Of a stretch of DNA of 64,000 nucleotides, positions 35,737-45,853 are shown one piece after another. The notes below the pieces were generated by a model. That model saw only the letters and a program-made list of their open reading frames with translations, had not been told where the DNA came from and did no database searches. Numbering within the stretch: the first letter of the stretch is position 1; the number at the start of each line of letters is the position of its first letter. Source of the DNA: a virus; the IMG/VR virus record IMGVR_UViG_3300045988_160394, positions 199,173 to 263,172 of that record. One strand, 5' to 3'. A program made the position numbers and the translations under genes.

Positions 35737-37858
35737 CTGCCTTTGGTTTTGTATATGTTATTTCACAATTACAGAAAGAATGATAAGCTGGTATTTCTTC
35801 TACTGTAAAAGCTTTTGTATCTATAACGTCTTTATTTTCATTAGCGTCTTTATCGCTGCTAAATTTAATATATGCTTTATCTATTCCAACAAACGCTCCT
35901 GTTTTTACATATGAATACCAATAAGATTTTCTAGCATAATAATCTTCTAAGAATCTAACTTTATACTCATATTTGTTGAAAGCTTGTTCTACATCAGCAT
36001 CTTCTTTATCTAAATCTTTAACTATGTTTTTAAATATATGTTTTAAATCATTAGAAAACTCTTCATAGAATTTAGTTAATACTATTTTATCTTTAGGCAT
36101 AGATACTTTCTTAACATTAGTATTTATATCTTTTAAAGCATCTACCATACCTTGATTTGAATTCATATCAACTATTCTTTCTAATAAAGTAGATATTGTT
36201 TCAGCTGTTAATGGAAGTATTAAATCATTATCTTCTCCATTCATTATGTCATCGCAAGCATCCATATATATAGAATAGATTTCTTTTGTATATACCTTTT
36301 TATTATATTCACTATTAAACGCTTCTTTTATTTTTGCAGATGTTTTACCATGTTGATTAGCAGGTCTATTATTATTATCTACAGCTTTATTAGGGCTTGA
36401 ACTCTTAGAGCTTCTTGGAGATTTATTAGCTGTTGATCCTTTTGATGCAGAACCACTATTATTAGCATTTCTACTTTGAATGCTCATTTTAGCAATCTCT
36501 TTTTGATGTTCTGCTGTTCTATCAATTTCTTTCATTCTTGCTTTAGTATCAATGTAGTTTTTATATAATTTTTCTTCATCATCAGGACTATCTTTGTATC
36601 CCATTTTTCTTCTAGATTCACTAATGCTTGTAACATTAGATTGATACTTAAGCATTTCATGATTTTCTTTTTTAACTTTAGTCTCTAATGAGATTTCTTC
36701 AAATTCATAATCTACTATATCTTCTTCATTTAATATAGGATTAAATCCATTTTCTAATAGTAATTCACTTAATATATATTCTCTAATAAAGATTTCCATT
36801 ATTCTTTGAATATATTTAACAGTATCATGTATTTGAGCTTCCATAGAATCTGCATCTTGTTTAGCTCCTCCTCTACCCATTTGAGAAGCAGATACTCCTA
36901 ATGCAGAGAATACTCTATTTTCAAAATAAGTTAAATATCCTTGTGCATTTAAAGCAGTTCCTTCAGCTCCTATAGCTTTTATAGTTGTTCTTTCATTAGT
37001 AATTAATATTCCATCCAATGTTGAATTTTCTACTTCTCTTTGTGCCTTTTGTATTTCTGGATCAGTTCCTCCCATACCTGGTTGAGGTAATCCTATTATC
37101 CATTGATATAAAGGCATAGAAAATCTATATATTAATGCACTGACGTTACCTTCTATTTTTCTTAATAGCTTAACGTCTTCTAATGCTGCTATTACTCTAG
37201 GTGTACCAAAAGAGTTATTTGCATCTTTATCTAAATACATATGAATAACATCTCTAGGATAAAATTGTTTTTTATTTTTACCATATCCTTGTTCGTATTT
37301 TAATACGTTACCATTTAAATCTCTTTTAATTCTTATAGACGCAGGATCAACTCTAAAATATCCACCAACTATTTTATCAGCAAATATAGGTTGTAATCCT
37401 GGCATACCAGGAATAGCATCTACTCTTTTCTTTATTAAAAAAGCATTAGAATATTTAACTAAGTCGTCTGCTATTTCTTGAAAAAGTATATCCATTGGTT
37501 TTTGAGTAGCAAAAGACATCATTCTAAATCTTTTTTCTAAATACTCAACTCTATCGTCTTGACCTTTTAAAGATGCTCCTTCTTTATATATTAAATAAGA
37601 ATATTTACTAAAAGATATTTTTATATAAGAATCAGCCTCTGAAGCTTCTTTTATTTCTCAAAGATTATATTCAGGTCTTTCAAATCTTTCTCTACTATCA
37701 GATTGATTAGCTATAGCACCTATGGCTTTAACAACAAAATCTTTTATTTTAGCCTTATTTATTTTTATAGGTCTGGATGTAGTTACTTTTTCTTCAACAG
37801 GAGTTTCATCTAAATCAATACTTTCTTTTCGTTTGAACAGCTTGTCAAACAAATCCAT
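35723..37858 (-). CDS. Portal protein (711 aa with TGA 37658 decoded)
   Basis: Track ORFs 37658..37858 and 35723..37522 are in-frame, and the 45 intervening codons hold no TAA/TAG. ATG 37856-37858 lies behind AGGTGA. Position (terminase, portal, protease, capsid) and size fit a portal. Confidence 0.75.
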
Positions 37859-37883
37859 GTTATCACCTGTCTTTCATATTTAA

Positions 37884-38186
37884 TTATTTAACTCTTGCTA
37901 ATATATCAGTCTCTTTTAATAGCAAGTATTTTTTATTATCAAATTGTATTTCAGTTCCAGCATATTTATTGTATAATACTTGATCTCCTACATTAACTGA
38001 AGGAATTAATAACTGTCCATTGTTTAGCATTCTTCCTTCTCCGATTGCAACAACTCTTGCCATATCTGTTCTTAAAGATTGTTCAGTTCCTTCATTAAGT
38101 AAGATTAATCCACCTTCTGTTTTTTCTTCTTTTTGTTTAACCTCTATTTCTAATAATAAATTATCTCCCATTGGTTGTAGATTCAT
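37884..38186 (-). CDS. groES: GroES/Cpn10-family co-chaperonin (100 aa)
   Basis: Aligns by eye along its whole length with bacterial GroES. MNLQPMGDNLLLEIEVKQKEEKTEGGLIL / ARVVAIGEGRMLNNGQLLIPSVNVGDQVLYNKYAGTEIQFDNKKYLLLKETDILARV versus [27 protein letters not shown] / [30 protein letters not shown]...LIMSESDILAIV. Confidence 0.85.
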   Translation of the reverse strand: MNLQPMGDNLLLEIEVKQKEEKTEGGLILLNEGTEQSLRTDMARVVAIGEGRMLNNGQLLIPSVNVGDQVLYNKYAGTEIQFDNKKYLLLKETDILARVK

Positions 38187-39162
38187 GTTTTATACCTTCC
38201 CTTTCTATTAATGTTTGTTTTGACTTTATTTCTTGAACTCAACTTTGAAAACTATCCTTTATAACTTTATTTGAGCTATTAAGATAACGATATAAGTTTT
38301 CATAAGCTATATCATATTTCTTATCGTATGATATTAATGATGCTGTTAATACATTATTGTTATATTGATTTGATTTCGTTCCACCGTCAGTTTTTTCTAT
38401 ATTAGCATATCTAATTCTAAACTCTTGTGTGGCTTTTAATTGTTTTAAATTTATTATTGTTGATTCTAAGTTAAACATAAGTTTGTGATAATCTAGTTTC
38501 ATATCTTTTATTATTTGTTGTCTAACAGCAGAATCTAACAAATGCTTAGCATTATCTATAATATCGTTACTATTAAATAGTATATTATTAATTATTAATC
38601 CAATTTCACTGTCTGTTTTATTACTAGTTGCTAAAATATAATCTCTTCAAAATTCAGTAATTATATTTTGTAACTCAATATTATAATAATAAAATAAGTC
38701 TACTAAATTCTTTATATATTCTTTTTCGTATATATCTTTTTTTGTATACTCTTCTTCTTCTGTTGGAAAGAAGTCATCTGTTCCTCACATATTATCAACA
38801 TCTTCATTATTGTTATTATCATCATTTTCGTTATCACTATTTTCATTGTTGTCAGTATCAGCATAATTCCAATCATCTTCATCAGGAATAGGTTCTACAA
38901 CTTTATCTTTTAATTCTTCATTTATAAAATCTAAGACTGGATCAAACACTTCTTTTATTGTATTAGAAGCTTCATTTGGCAATTTAGAAATCAATGTGTT
39001 TAATACATTCATATTATTTATCAAATTGTCTATGATTTCTTTACCTTCGTCTTTTTCATCTGGTGCATTATTGTCTATTTCACTATATTCTATTTCTGAA
39101 TAATAATCATCAGTGTAATTAAGCTCAGGAACATAACCTATTCGTTTTTTATTTTCATCCAT
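38161..39162 (-). CDS. Hypothetical acidic protein (333 aa with TGA 38785, 38647, 38239 decoded)
   Basis: Track ORFs 38785..39162 and 38239..38541 plus the connecting codons are one frame ending at TAA 38161, which is 26 nt inside groES. ATG 39160-39162 lies behind AAAGGAG. Confidence 0.6.
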
Positions 39163-39227
39163 TATTAACAGCTCCTTTCATATAAAAGTATATTAGCGAT
39201 GATATAATAGAATACCATCGCTAATTA

Positions 39228-42200
39228 CTATCTACTAAATCCACCTCTTCTACCAAAACCTCCAGAACGAGAACCTCAACCACTACTCCTTCCACCAAAT
39301 CTATTAGACATAGCTTTAGCTGATCTATAATCCATATCAACCTCTACTCATGTTTGTCTATCTCCAGGTAAATCATCTCAATCATTATTAGCATAAAAAT
39401 CAGATATTCTAGAGTCTGTATTAATTCTATTAACAGAAGTAGCATACATTCCTGCTCCACCCATTTGTTTATTAGATATATGGAAGTCTGAAGTAGTTTT
39501 TATATCTTCAACGACACCTGTTAGTTCTTTAAATTCCATAACCATTGCTAAGTGAGCTAAACCTAAAGCGTCGACAAAGTGTTCGTTTTCTGATGTATAT
39601 TGAGGTATACCTGCTTTAGACATTTGAACAACTTCGTAATCTGTTAATTGTTTAGCTAATACATCGTCGTAAGGAGATAATATAATTCTATCTCTTTCAA
39701 AAGCTATTTGTAGTTGGTTAACCATAAATGGTTTAAAAGGTTTGCTATCTAATTCTTTAGTTATAGGGTCCATTATTTGAAGCTTAGTAGAAAAGTTACA
39801 CTTCTTAACTTTAGCTTTTAATCCTGTTTGTGGATTTTCATCACCTATGATATGCAAGCGTTCTATTTGATATTCTCCTGCTCCTGCATCACAATATATT
39901 CAGCTAGGATTATATAGAGCATTTAATTCAACTATTAAATTAACAGCTGCATCATAAGAATATTCACTTCTAGGAACTTCTACTCTTTTTAATACTTTAA
40001 ATTTATTAAAGTTTACATCATAATCTAATATTAAAATAGAAGATGAAGCTCCATATTTATCTCAGTCAACCCCCATAGTTCTAAAAACATTTCTAGGAGG
40101 AGGATTTGTTCTGTCATACAATTCCATGAAGGGGTATAATCCTGTTTCTTGTAGTTTTTCTTTTTGGAAATAATCTAATTCATTATAAGCATAATTATAA
40201 AACTTTTGAGCAGCATCTAATTTATTCTTATCAAATACCCCTGTTTCTTGTGTACCGAACTCAGCTAAAACTTCATGCACATAACCTTCAGCTGTTAATT
40301 GAGCTTTAAGTTCTGCTTCCATTTGAGCATTCCAGTTAGGGTTATGTGTAGATGGATGATAATGTTGAGAATATCCCATACTCTTATCTGTACACATTTG
40401 ATAGAACTTACTACGTTTACCTAAAGGTGTAGATGAAACTGTTATACCTATTTCAGGTCTCTCTATAGCAACAGCAGCAACAACTTCGAAACAATATTCA
40501 CTCATGAAGTCAACCTCATCTATGAATATCCAGTCTGCTTTTTGTCCTCTTATAGAAGCTGCATCATCACCAGTAGTAAATCCTAGTATCATAGATCCGT
40601 TAGCAAATTCTATTTTTGCAGGGTTCTTTGTAGAAGCAACTACTGTTTGTTTTAATAATGGAGATTCTGCTATTAACTCATTTAATCTTGTAAACATGTT
40701 TCTGATTTGGTTTTCATATGGAGCAGCCATAAGTATTCTAAAGTTCTTATTACTACTAGCCATATATAACATCTCAACTACCATTGTTTCAGTATTATGA
40801 GTTATAAAGTCTTCTGCTACAAAGTTCATTGTTAATGGTATAGATAAATTATATGTTTGCATCTCTCCTAAGGATTGTATTGAAACTATTTCATCAAAGA
40901 TAAATTCACCATCTGCAAAAGCTTTTAAATCTTCATTATCTAATACATTAGCGAATTCTTTTAATCTACTCCTTTGGATATCATAATTCATTCTTAATCT
41001 AACATTAGGATTTGTTTTACACAAATCAGCTTTAGATAATCCTTGTTTAATTCTATCTTCTTCTACGAATTCTAATATCTCTTTTGGTAGATAAGTATCG
41101 TATTTATTATTTATTAAAGCTAATTCATAAGCTTCTTTCATAACTTTCTCTTTAGAGAAAATACCAATCTCTTTATAGAACTTAATAACGTTTATAGAAT
41201 CTGTTATTAAAAGCTGATAACAAACTTTAATTGTTCCATTATATTTATTTTTCTTAGTTACAACATAGCTATTAATTCCAAACTTTAATAATAAATGTTG
41301 TATATCAGAAATAAGTTCTCTTGATACAGAACTATATCCTATTTGTTGTTTATTATTTCTAGCATATGCTCAACCATCTGTAGCGTATAATCTAGATAAG
41401 AATAAAGCTGTATCGTTTTTACTTAATTTAAATATATCTTTAGGAACGAATTTAGTATGAGATGTTTTCCCAAACAATTCGTGCTTTTCTAAAATCTCTT
41501 TAATATTGTTAGGATAGATTCTATTATTCCTGTTATGTTTTTTTACAATATTATAATCTATGTTTCTATTGCTTTTATATTGTACTAATTCACAGTCAAA
41601 ATAGTTAACTGCTCTTTCTAATTCACTTCTTATCTCTTCAGAAGCTGTACAGAATCTAATAGCCTTTGTAGAGCAATTACCGTCACCAATCATGTAAGCT
41701 AATAGTTTTATTTCATTTTCGCTCATGTAGTGATTACCGAAATATCCTAAGTTACCAGCTAATGCTACTCTATCTCCTGGTTTTAAGAAATCTATTGCTT
41801 GTCATCCTTTAGCAGTAAATAATGGGTGATTTCCCGTAGCATCTATGTGCCTACCTGACTTTGTAGTAACTCTAAAGACTTCTTTAATTCCGTTATCTGT
41901 TATTTCATTAGTAAAGTGAGGACTCATCTTATAATCATCTGTCATAGTTACAAAATGAGCTCGACCTTGTTTATATAACTCTTCTGCTGTTACTCTTTCT
42001 CCTGTTTTAGGATTAAATACTCTAGTATGACCAGGGATACATTTCCCTATACGTCTTCCACATCTATATACTTTTCTAACACTTTTGTCTCTTAACATTT
42101 CAACTTGATATCATCTAGCTGTTCAAGGCACGTATTCTTTTTTTCTAGGATCGAAAGTTTTTAAAAAAGCTTGAGACCATAATATAGGGTCATCCATAAT

Positions 42201-42239
42201 TTCTTTAAGCTTCTTGGACTGAGCTCTATTTATTGCCAC
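39228..42239 (-). CDS. terL: Terminase large subunit precursor (1003 aa) interrupted by an intein in the Walker A motif
   Basis: One frame runs from GTG 42237-42239 (8 nt after AAGGAG) to TAG 39228. It passes through 9 in-frame TGA (42123, 42111, 41802, 41370, 40062, 39900, 39378, 39348, 39276). Exteins: ...VP(TGA)TAR(TGA)YQVEMLRDKSVRKVYRCGRRIGK | TETMVVEMLYMASS..., giving P-loop GRRIGKT. Walker B is DWIFIDEVDF. The nuclease-type C-terminal domain contains EHFVDALGLAH. Confidence 0.85.
40794..42041 (-). mobile_element. Intein (416 aa) with LAGLIDADG homing-endonuclease domain inside terL
   Basis: N-terminal splice block CIPGHTRVF...TGNHPLF. LAGLIDADG motifs LLAYMIGDGN and LYATDG(TGA). C-terminal block MNFVAEDFITHN followed by the +1 Thr. 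Inserted between K and T of the Walker A GKT. Confidence 0.8.
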
Positions 42240-42478
42240 TGTTTTCACTCCTTACATGTTGATTAGAAAAATAAGTCAAAAGGTTCATCATCAAATTCTA
42301 ATAATATTTCTCTTTTGTATGTTCTTTCATCTAAATACTTTTTAAATTCTTCTATTTCTGATTCATTATATGCTTCACTAGCTTTTGCTATATATCTAGT
42401 AATATAACAACTGCTACATAACTCTTTAGTTAATGGAGTTGTTCCTGCTATTGATATACTAACTTCTTCATTATTTGC

Positions 42479-42904
42479 TCATATAGTACTTAGTTTGAAA
42501 AATGATAGTAAATCATCAAAAGCTCTTCTAGAAAAATAAGGCTCGTCGACTTTTAAATGTTTTAATCTTAATCCTCTAGCGTCTCCTCTTTCTATTTCGT
42601 TAATACTTTTTATATACAATGTATTATCATTAATAATAACTTTGTCATTTACTAATTCATATTCGCAATCTAAAGCAGAGCATATTTCTTTAATAGTTTG
42701 TAAGATATGTTTTTTTTGTGCTACATAACTGCAACAGAATAACACATCAGATTCATTGTTCGCTTGCATATCTCTTACTGTTGATAAACATAAAGCAGAT
42801 GTTTTTCCAACTCTTCTACTTCCTAATAATATTTTTATTTTAGAATTGTTATCATATATAAAATTTCTAATAGTATCTTTACTTAAAATATCCATTACAT
42901 TCAT
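42479..42904 (-). CDS. Small P-loop NTPase (141 aa) resembling a terminase ATPase core
   Basis: ATG 42902-42904 lies 9 nt after AAAGGAG (the track start 42973 lacks an RBS). Walker A LLGSRRVGKTS, compare TerL GRRIGKT. Walker B-like LKHLKVDEPYF. TAG stop, no TGA. Confidence 0.55.
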   Translation of the reverse strand: MNVMDILSKDTIRNFIYDNNSKIKILLGSRRVGKTSALCLSTVRDMQANNESDVLFCCSYVAQKKHILQTIKEICSALDCEYELVNDKVIINDNTLYIKSINEIERGDARGLRLKHLKVDEPYFSRRAFDDLLSFFKLSTI

Positions 42905-42944
42905 TATTTTAATATCTCCTTTATTATCCTGTTTTTTATTTTTA

Positions 42945-43985
42945 CTATATGCGATGCATATATTGAGCTTCATTCCCCATAATTGATTGTTGTAAATTGT
43001 ATTGTGACATCTTAGCTAATTCCATACCAGCTTGTCTCATTGTAGCTAATTGTCGAGTATCATGAAATTCAGCTTCTCCAAATGTTTGAAATCTTTGAGA
43101 ACTATTCATTTCTCTAGTTACTTTTTGTAATGAGTCTACACTACTAACGACCATAGAAGGTAACTGTTTAGCTAACATTACAGGGAATGCTGCTCCTTGA
43201 AGAACCTCTCCCGTTACGAACATGGCCCCCGCTTTAGCAGCTGATTTAACAACACCATTACCTTGATTTCTAGCATCTTTATAATCAGAGATAGCCACAC
43301 CAGTGTTTATTATTACTCCGACGCTTCTTTTATTAAATATCTTTTTAAATACAGATTCTTCTAGTTTATCTTCTGCTTCATTCATTCCTTCTTTAGTTAC
43401 ATCTTCTATAACTTCTTTAGTTTCTTCTTTTATCTTTTCCTTAACTTTCTTTTTAGTTTGTTTTTTACTTTCTTTTTCTGCTTCTTTTCTAAAAACAACA
43501 TTATGCTCTTTATCATATTCTTTTGTAAATTTATTTATTTCAGAATCGACATCAAACAATTCTTCAGGCTTACTATATTTAATCCTTTCTCCTTCGTAAT
43601 CATAAAACAGTCCTTCATTTTCAGAAAGGAATCTTTTCATACTTTCAAGATCTTCATTACTTTCTATTACGCCACTTCTTCTTGCTCTATTAATAGCACC
43701 TTGTGCGTCAAAATAATCAGTATCTTCTCCTAATATATTGTTTATCTTTTCATACAAAGGATTGCCTTTAAGATTATTTAATTCATTATGTTCTAATAAA
43801 GAAGCTCGTTTCTCATTTATAGCTTTTTCTCTGTCTTTAAGCATCTTTTCATAAGCTTGATCTTCTTGTCTAGCATTTTTTCTCTTATCATTTTTTCTAT
43901 GTCTTCTTTTCCATTTAGAATAAGATAGCTTACCTCCACCAGCTACATACTCTTCATACAAGGCTTTTAATTCTTCTTCATTCAT
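42945..43985 (-). CDS. Hypothetical protein (346 aa), charged N-terminal half, hydrophobic Gly/Ala-rich C-terminal half
   Basis: Intact ORF with TAG stop and no TGA. Confidence 0.6.
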   Translation of the reverse strand: MNEEELKALYEEYVAGGGKLSYSKWKRRHRKNDKRKNARQEDQAYEKMLKDREKAINEKRASLLEHNELNNLKGNPLYEKINNILGEDTDYFDAQGAINRARRSGVIESNEDLESMKRFLSENEGLFYDYEGERIKYSKPEELFDVDSEINKFTKEYDKEHNVVFRKEAEKESKKQTKKKVKEKIKEETKEVIEDVTKEGMNEAEDKLEESVFKKIFNKRSVGVIINTGVAISDYKDARNQGNGVVKSAAKAGAMFVTGEVLQGAAFPVMLAKQLPSMVVSSVDSLQKVTREMNSSQRFQTFGEAEFHDTRQLATMRQAGMELAKMSQYNLQQSIMGNEAQYMHRI

Positions 43986-43986
43986 A

Positions 43987-44664
43987 CTACATCATTCCTC
44001 CATGTCTTAAATTGTTTAAAGCAAATACTAAATCACCAGTAGCTCCACCGTCTTGTGCATAAGCAGGAACTCTTGGAGCGGAAGTAGTAACTTGACCATC
44101 AGGATTTATTCCTTTTCTATCTTCTATAAATTGTTTAGCTGCATCAGGAGTTCCTATAATAGCCATACCTGCACCTGCTAATAAAACACCTCTTTTAGTA
44201 GCTTTATATCCTACTAAACTTTCTTCATCTTTTCTTATAAGCTGTAATGGGTTTTTGACCTTATGGCCGTCAACGATATTATAGTCTCTTGATATAGTAT
44301 CAAAAACAGCAGCTCCATTATTTACGAACTGTTTTCCTCTTCTACTTAAATCATCTAAGAATAAAGGCTTTCTACTAATACCAACTTTACCTACAATATT
44401 ATAAGAAGAATCATCAGATAATATTGTTGTGCTTGTTTTCCCTATTCCTCTTTTAACAGCTCTTTTTACAGAACCATCTTTTATTTTGCCAATAAAGTCT
44501 TTCCCCATATGAATTCCTTTATCAGCGGCCCCAGCTCCTCCTTCAATTAATCCAGGAACATGTTTAAAGATTTTATTAGTAATCTTACCTACTTTAGCAG
44601 CGATACCAATAGATACATCATTAATGTTACCCATAAGTTTATTTACTCTACCTAATAACGACAT
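43987..44664 (-). CDS. Hypothetical protein (225 aa), Gly-rich
   Basis: Intact ORF with TAG stop, packed 1 nt from the next gene. Confidence 0.6.
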   Translation of the reverse strand: MSLLGRVNKLMGNINDVSIGIAAKVGKITNKIFKHVPGLIEGGAGAADKGIHMGKDFIGKIKDGSVKRAVKRGIGKTSTTILSDDSSYNIVGKVGISRKPLFLDDLSRRGKQFVNNGAAVFDTISRDYNIVDGHKVKNPLQLIRKDEESLVGYKATKRGVLLAGAGMAIIGTPDAAKQFIEDRKGINPDGQVTTSAPRVPAYAQDGGATGDLVFALNNLRHGGMM

Positions 44665-44722
44665 TTAATCAACTCCTTATGTTTATAGTAATAAAGTGCA
44701 GCTATTAAACTGCACTTATAAA

Positions 44723-45172
44723 TTAGATAAATGGTACTCCAGGTAAATTGAAGTTACCGTATCTATCTCTATATAATCCTCCACCAGTAACAACTCTACC
44801 AGCAACTCCTACAGTAAACGCAGTTCCAGCAACTTTCTTTGCACTGATATGACCATTAACCATATGCCCCTTTTTAATAGCTTCTAAAGCAGTAGCACCA
44901 GACTCTCTTGCTTTAAAAGAATCAGTTATCCCTTTAAATACTTTTGCATTACCAACAGCTGCTCCCATTTTATAGCTTTCTTTTTGCATAAGTTCATTAG
45001 TTAATTCATGCCCCATCTTTAAAGCTTCTCTTTTAGATTTAGTAACTCCTTGTGCTAAAATCCCTGCTGCTGATCTTTTAGCAAGTCTACTTTCAGCTTT
45101 ATTACTCGCTGCTGAAAATAAACCAGCCGCAAATTCAGTCATACCTTCAGCTATTTTTCTTCCTTTACTCAT
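44723..45172 (-). CDS. Hypothetical protein (149 aa), Ala/Gly-rich
   Basis: Intact ORF with TAA stop. Followed by hairpin AGTGCAG-(9 nt)-CTGCACT at ca 44694-44718. Confidence 0.55.
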   Translation of the reverse strand: MSKGRKIAEGMTEFAAGLFSAASNKAESRLAKRSAAGILAQGVTKSKREALKMGHELTNELMQKESYKMGAAVGNAKVFKGITDSFKARESGATALEAIKKGHMVNGHISAKKVAGTAFTVGVAGRVVTGGGLYRDRYGNFNLPGVPFI

Positions 45173-45184
45173 TTAAATCACCTC

Positions 45185-45847
45185 TTATAAATTATCTGGT
45201 CTTTCCTCTACAATAAATTCAGTACTAATAGCATTATCAAGCATCTCATTAACAGATAAAGTATTACCTTGTTGTCCTTTTTGTGATCTTCTAGTTCCAA
45301 GCATATTATCAAGAATCTTATCTTTTCTATTTAAACATCTTTCATATAGTTCATAAGCTTTAGATACTTCTGGTCTAGTATATTCTTCTCCTGATTCAGT
45401 CATACCTGCAACTACATCTGTTATAGGCAATTGTTCTTTAGACAATATAGCTTTACATCTTTCTAACATTACATCTATATTAATTAATTCAGCTACTAAT
45501 GTTTGATCAGTAAAGCTGGCTTCGTCTAGATTGTAATCTTCCATATAATAGTTTCATCTTGTTTCTATCATGGCCGTTTCTACTGGACATTTTTCTCCTA
45601 AAGGAGCTAAATCATATTCCAATAAACCACAAGTAGCCGCATATGGACAATCACTTTGTTTACAAACAATTGGCACTTTAGCAAATAGGCCTGTCTTAGT
45701 AGATAACATTGCCATAGCTGCTTTTTTAGCCTCTACTCCAACAACACTATGTCCTCAAAAGTTATTTGACATAGCTTGTATGAAACCTTCTTTTTTAGCT
45801 ATTGCATCCTCTCTTTCTTGTAGAGAAATCTCCTTATTTATTTCCAT
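45185..45847 (-). CDS. Hypothetical 220-aa protein with Cys cluster (small-terminase position; function not established)
   Basis: ATG 45845-45847 lies behind GGGGGTGAG. Two in-frame TGA (45755, 45554) precede track ORF 45185..45544. Motif VCKQSDCPYAATCGLLEYDLAPLGEKCP. The antisense track ORF 45570..46088 is a shadow. Confidence 0.6.
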
Positions 45848-45853
45848 AATATA

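Noticed and set aside
42945-45172. Assigning the three Gly/Ala-rich proteins upstream of terL as internal or ejection proteins
   Set aside because: Composition alone is not evidence. No recognisable motif was found, so they are kept as hypothetical.
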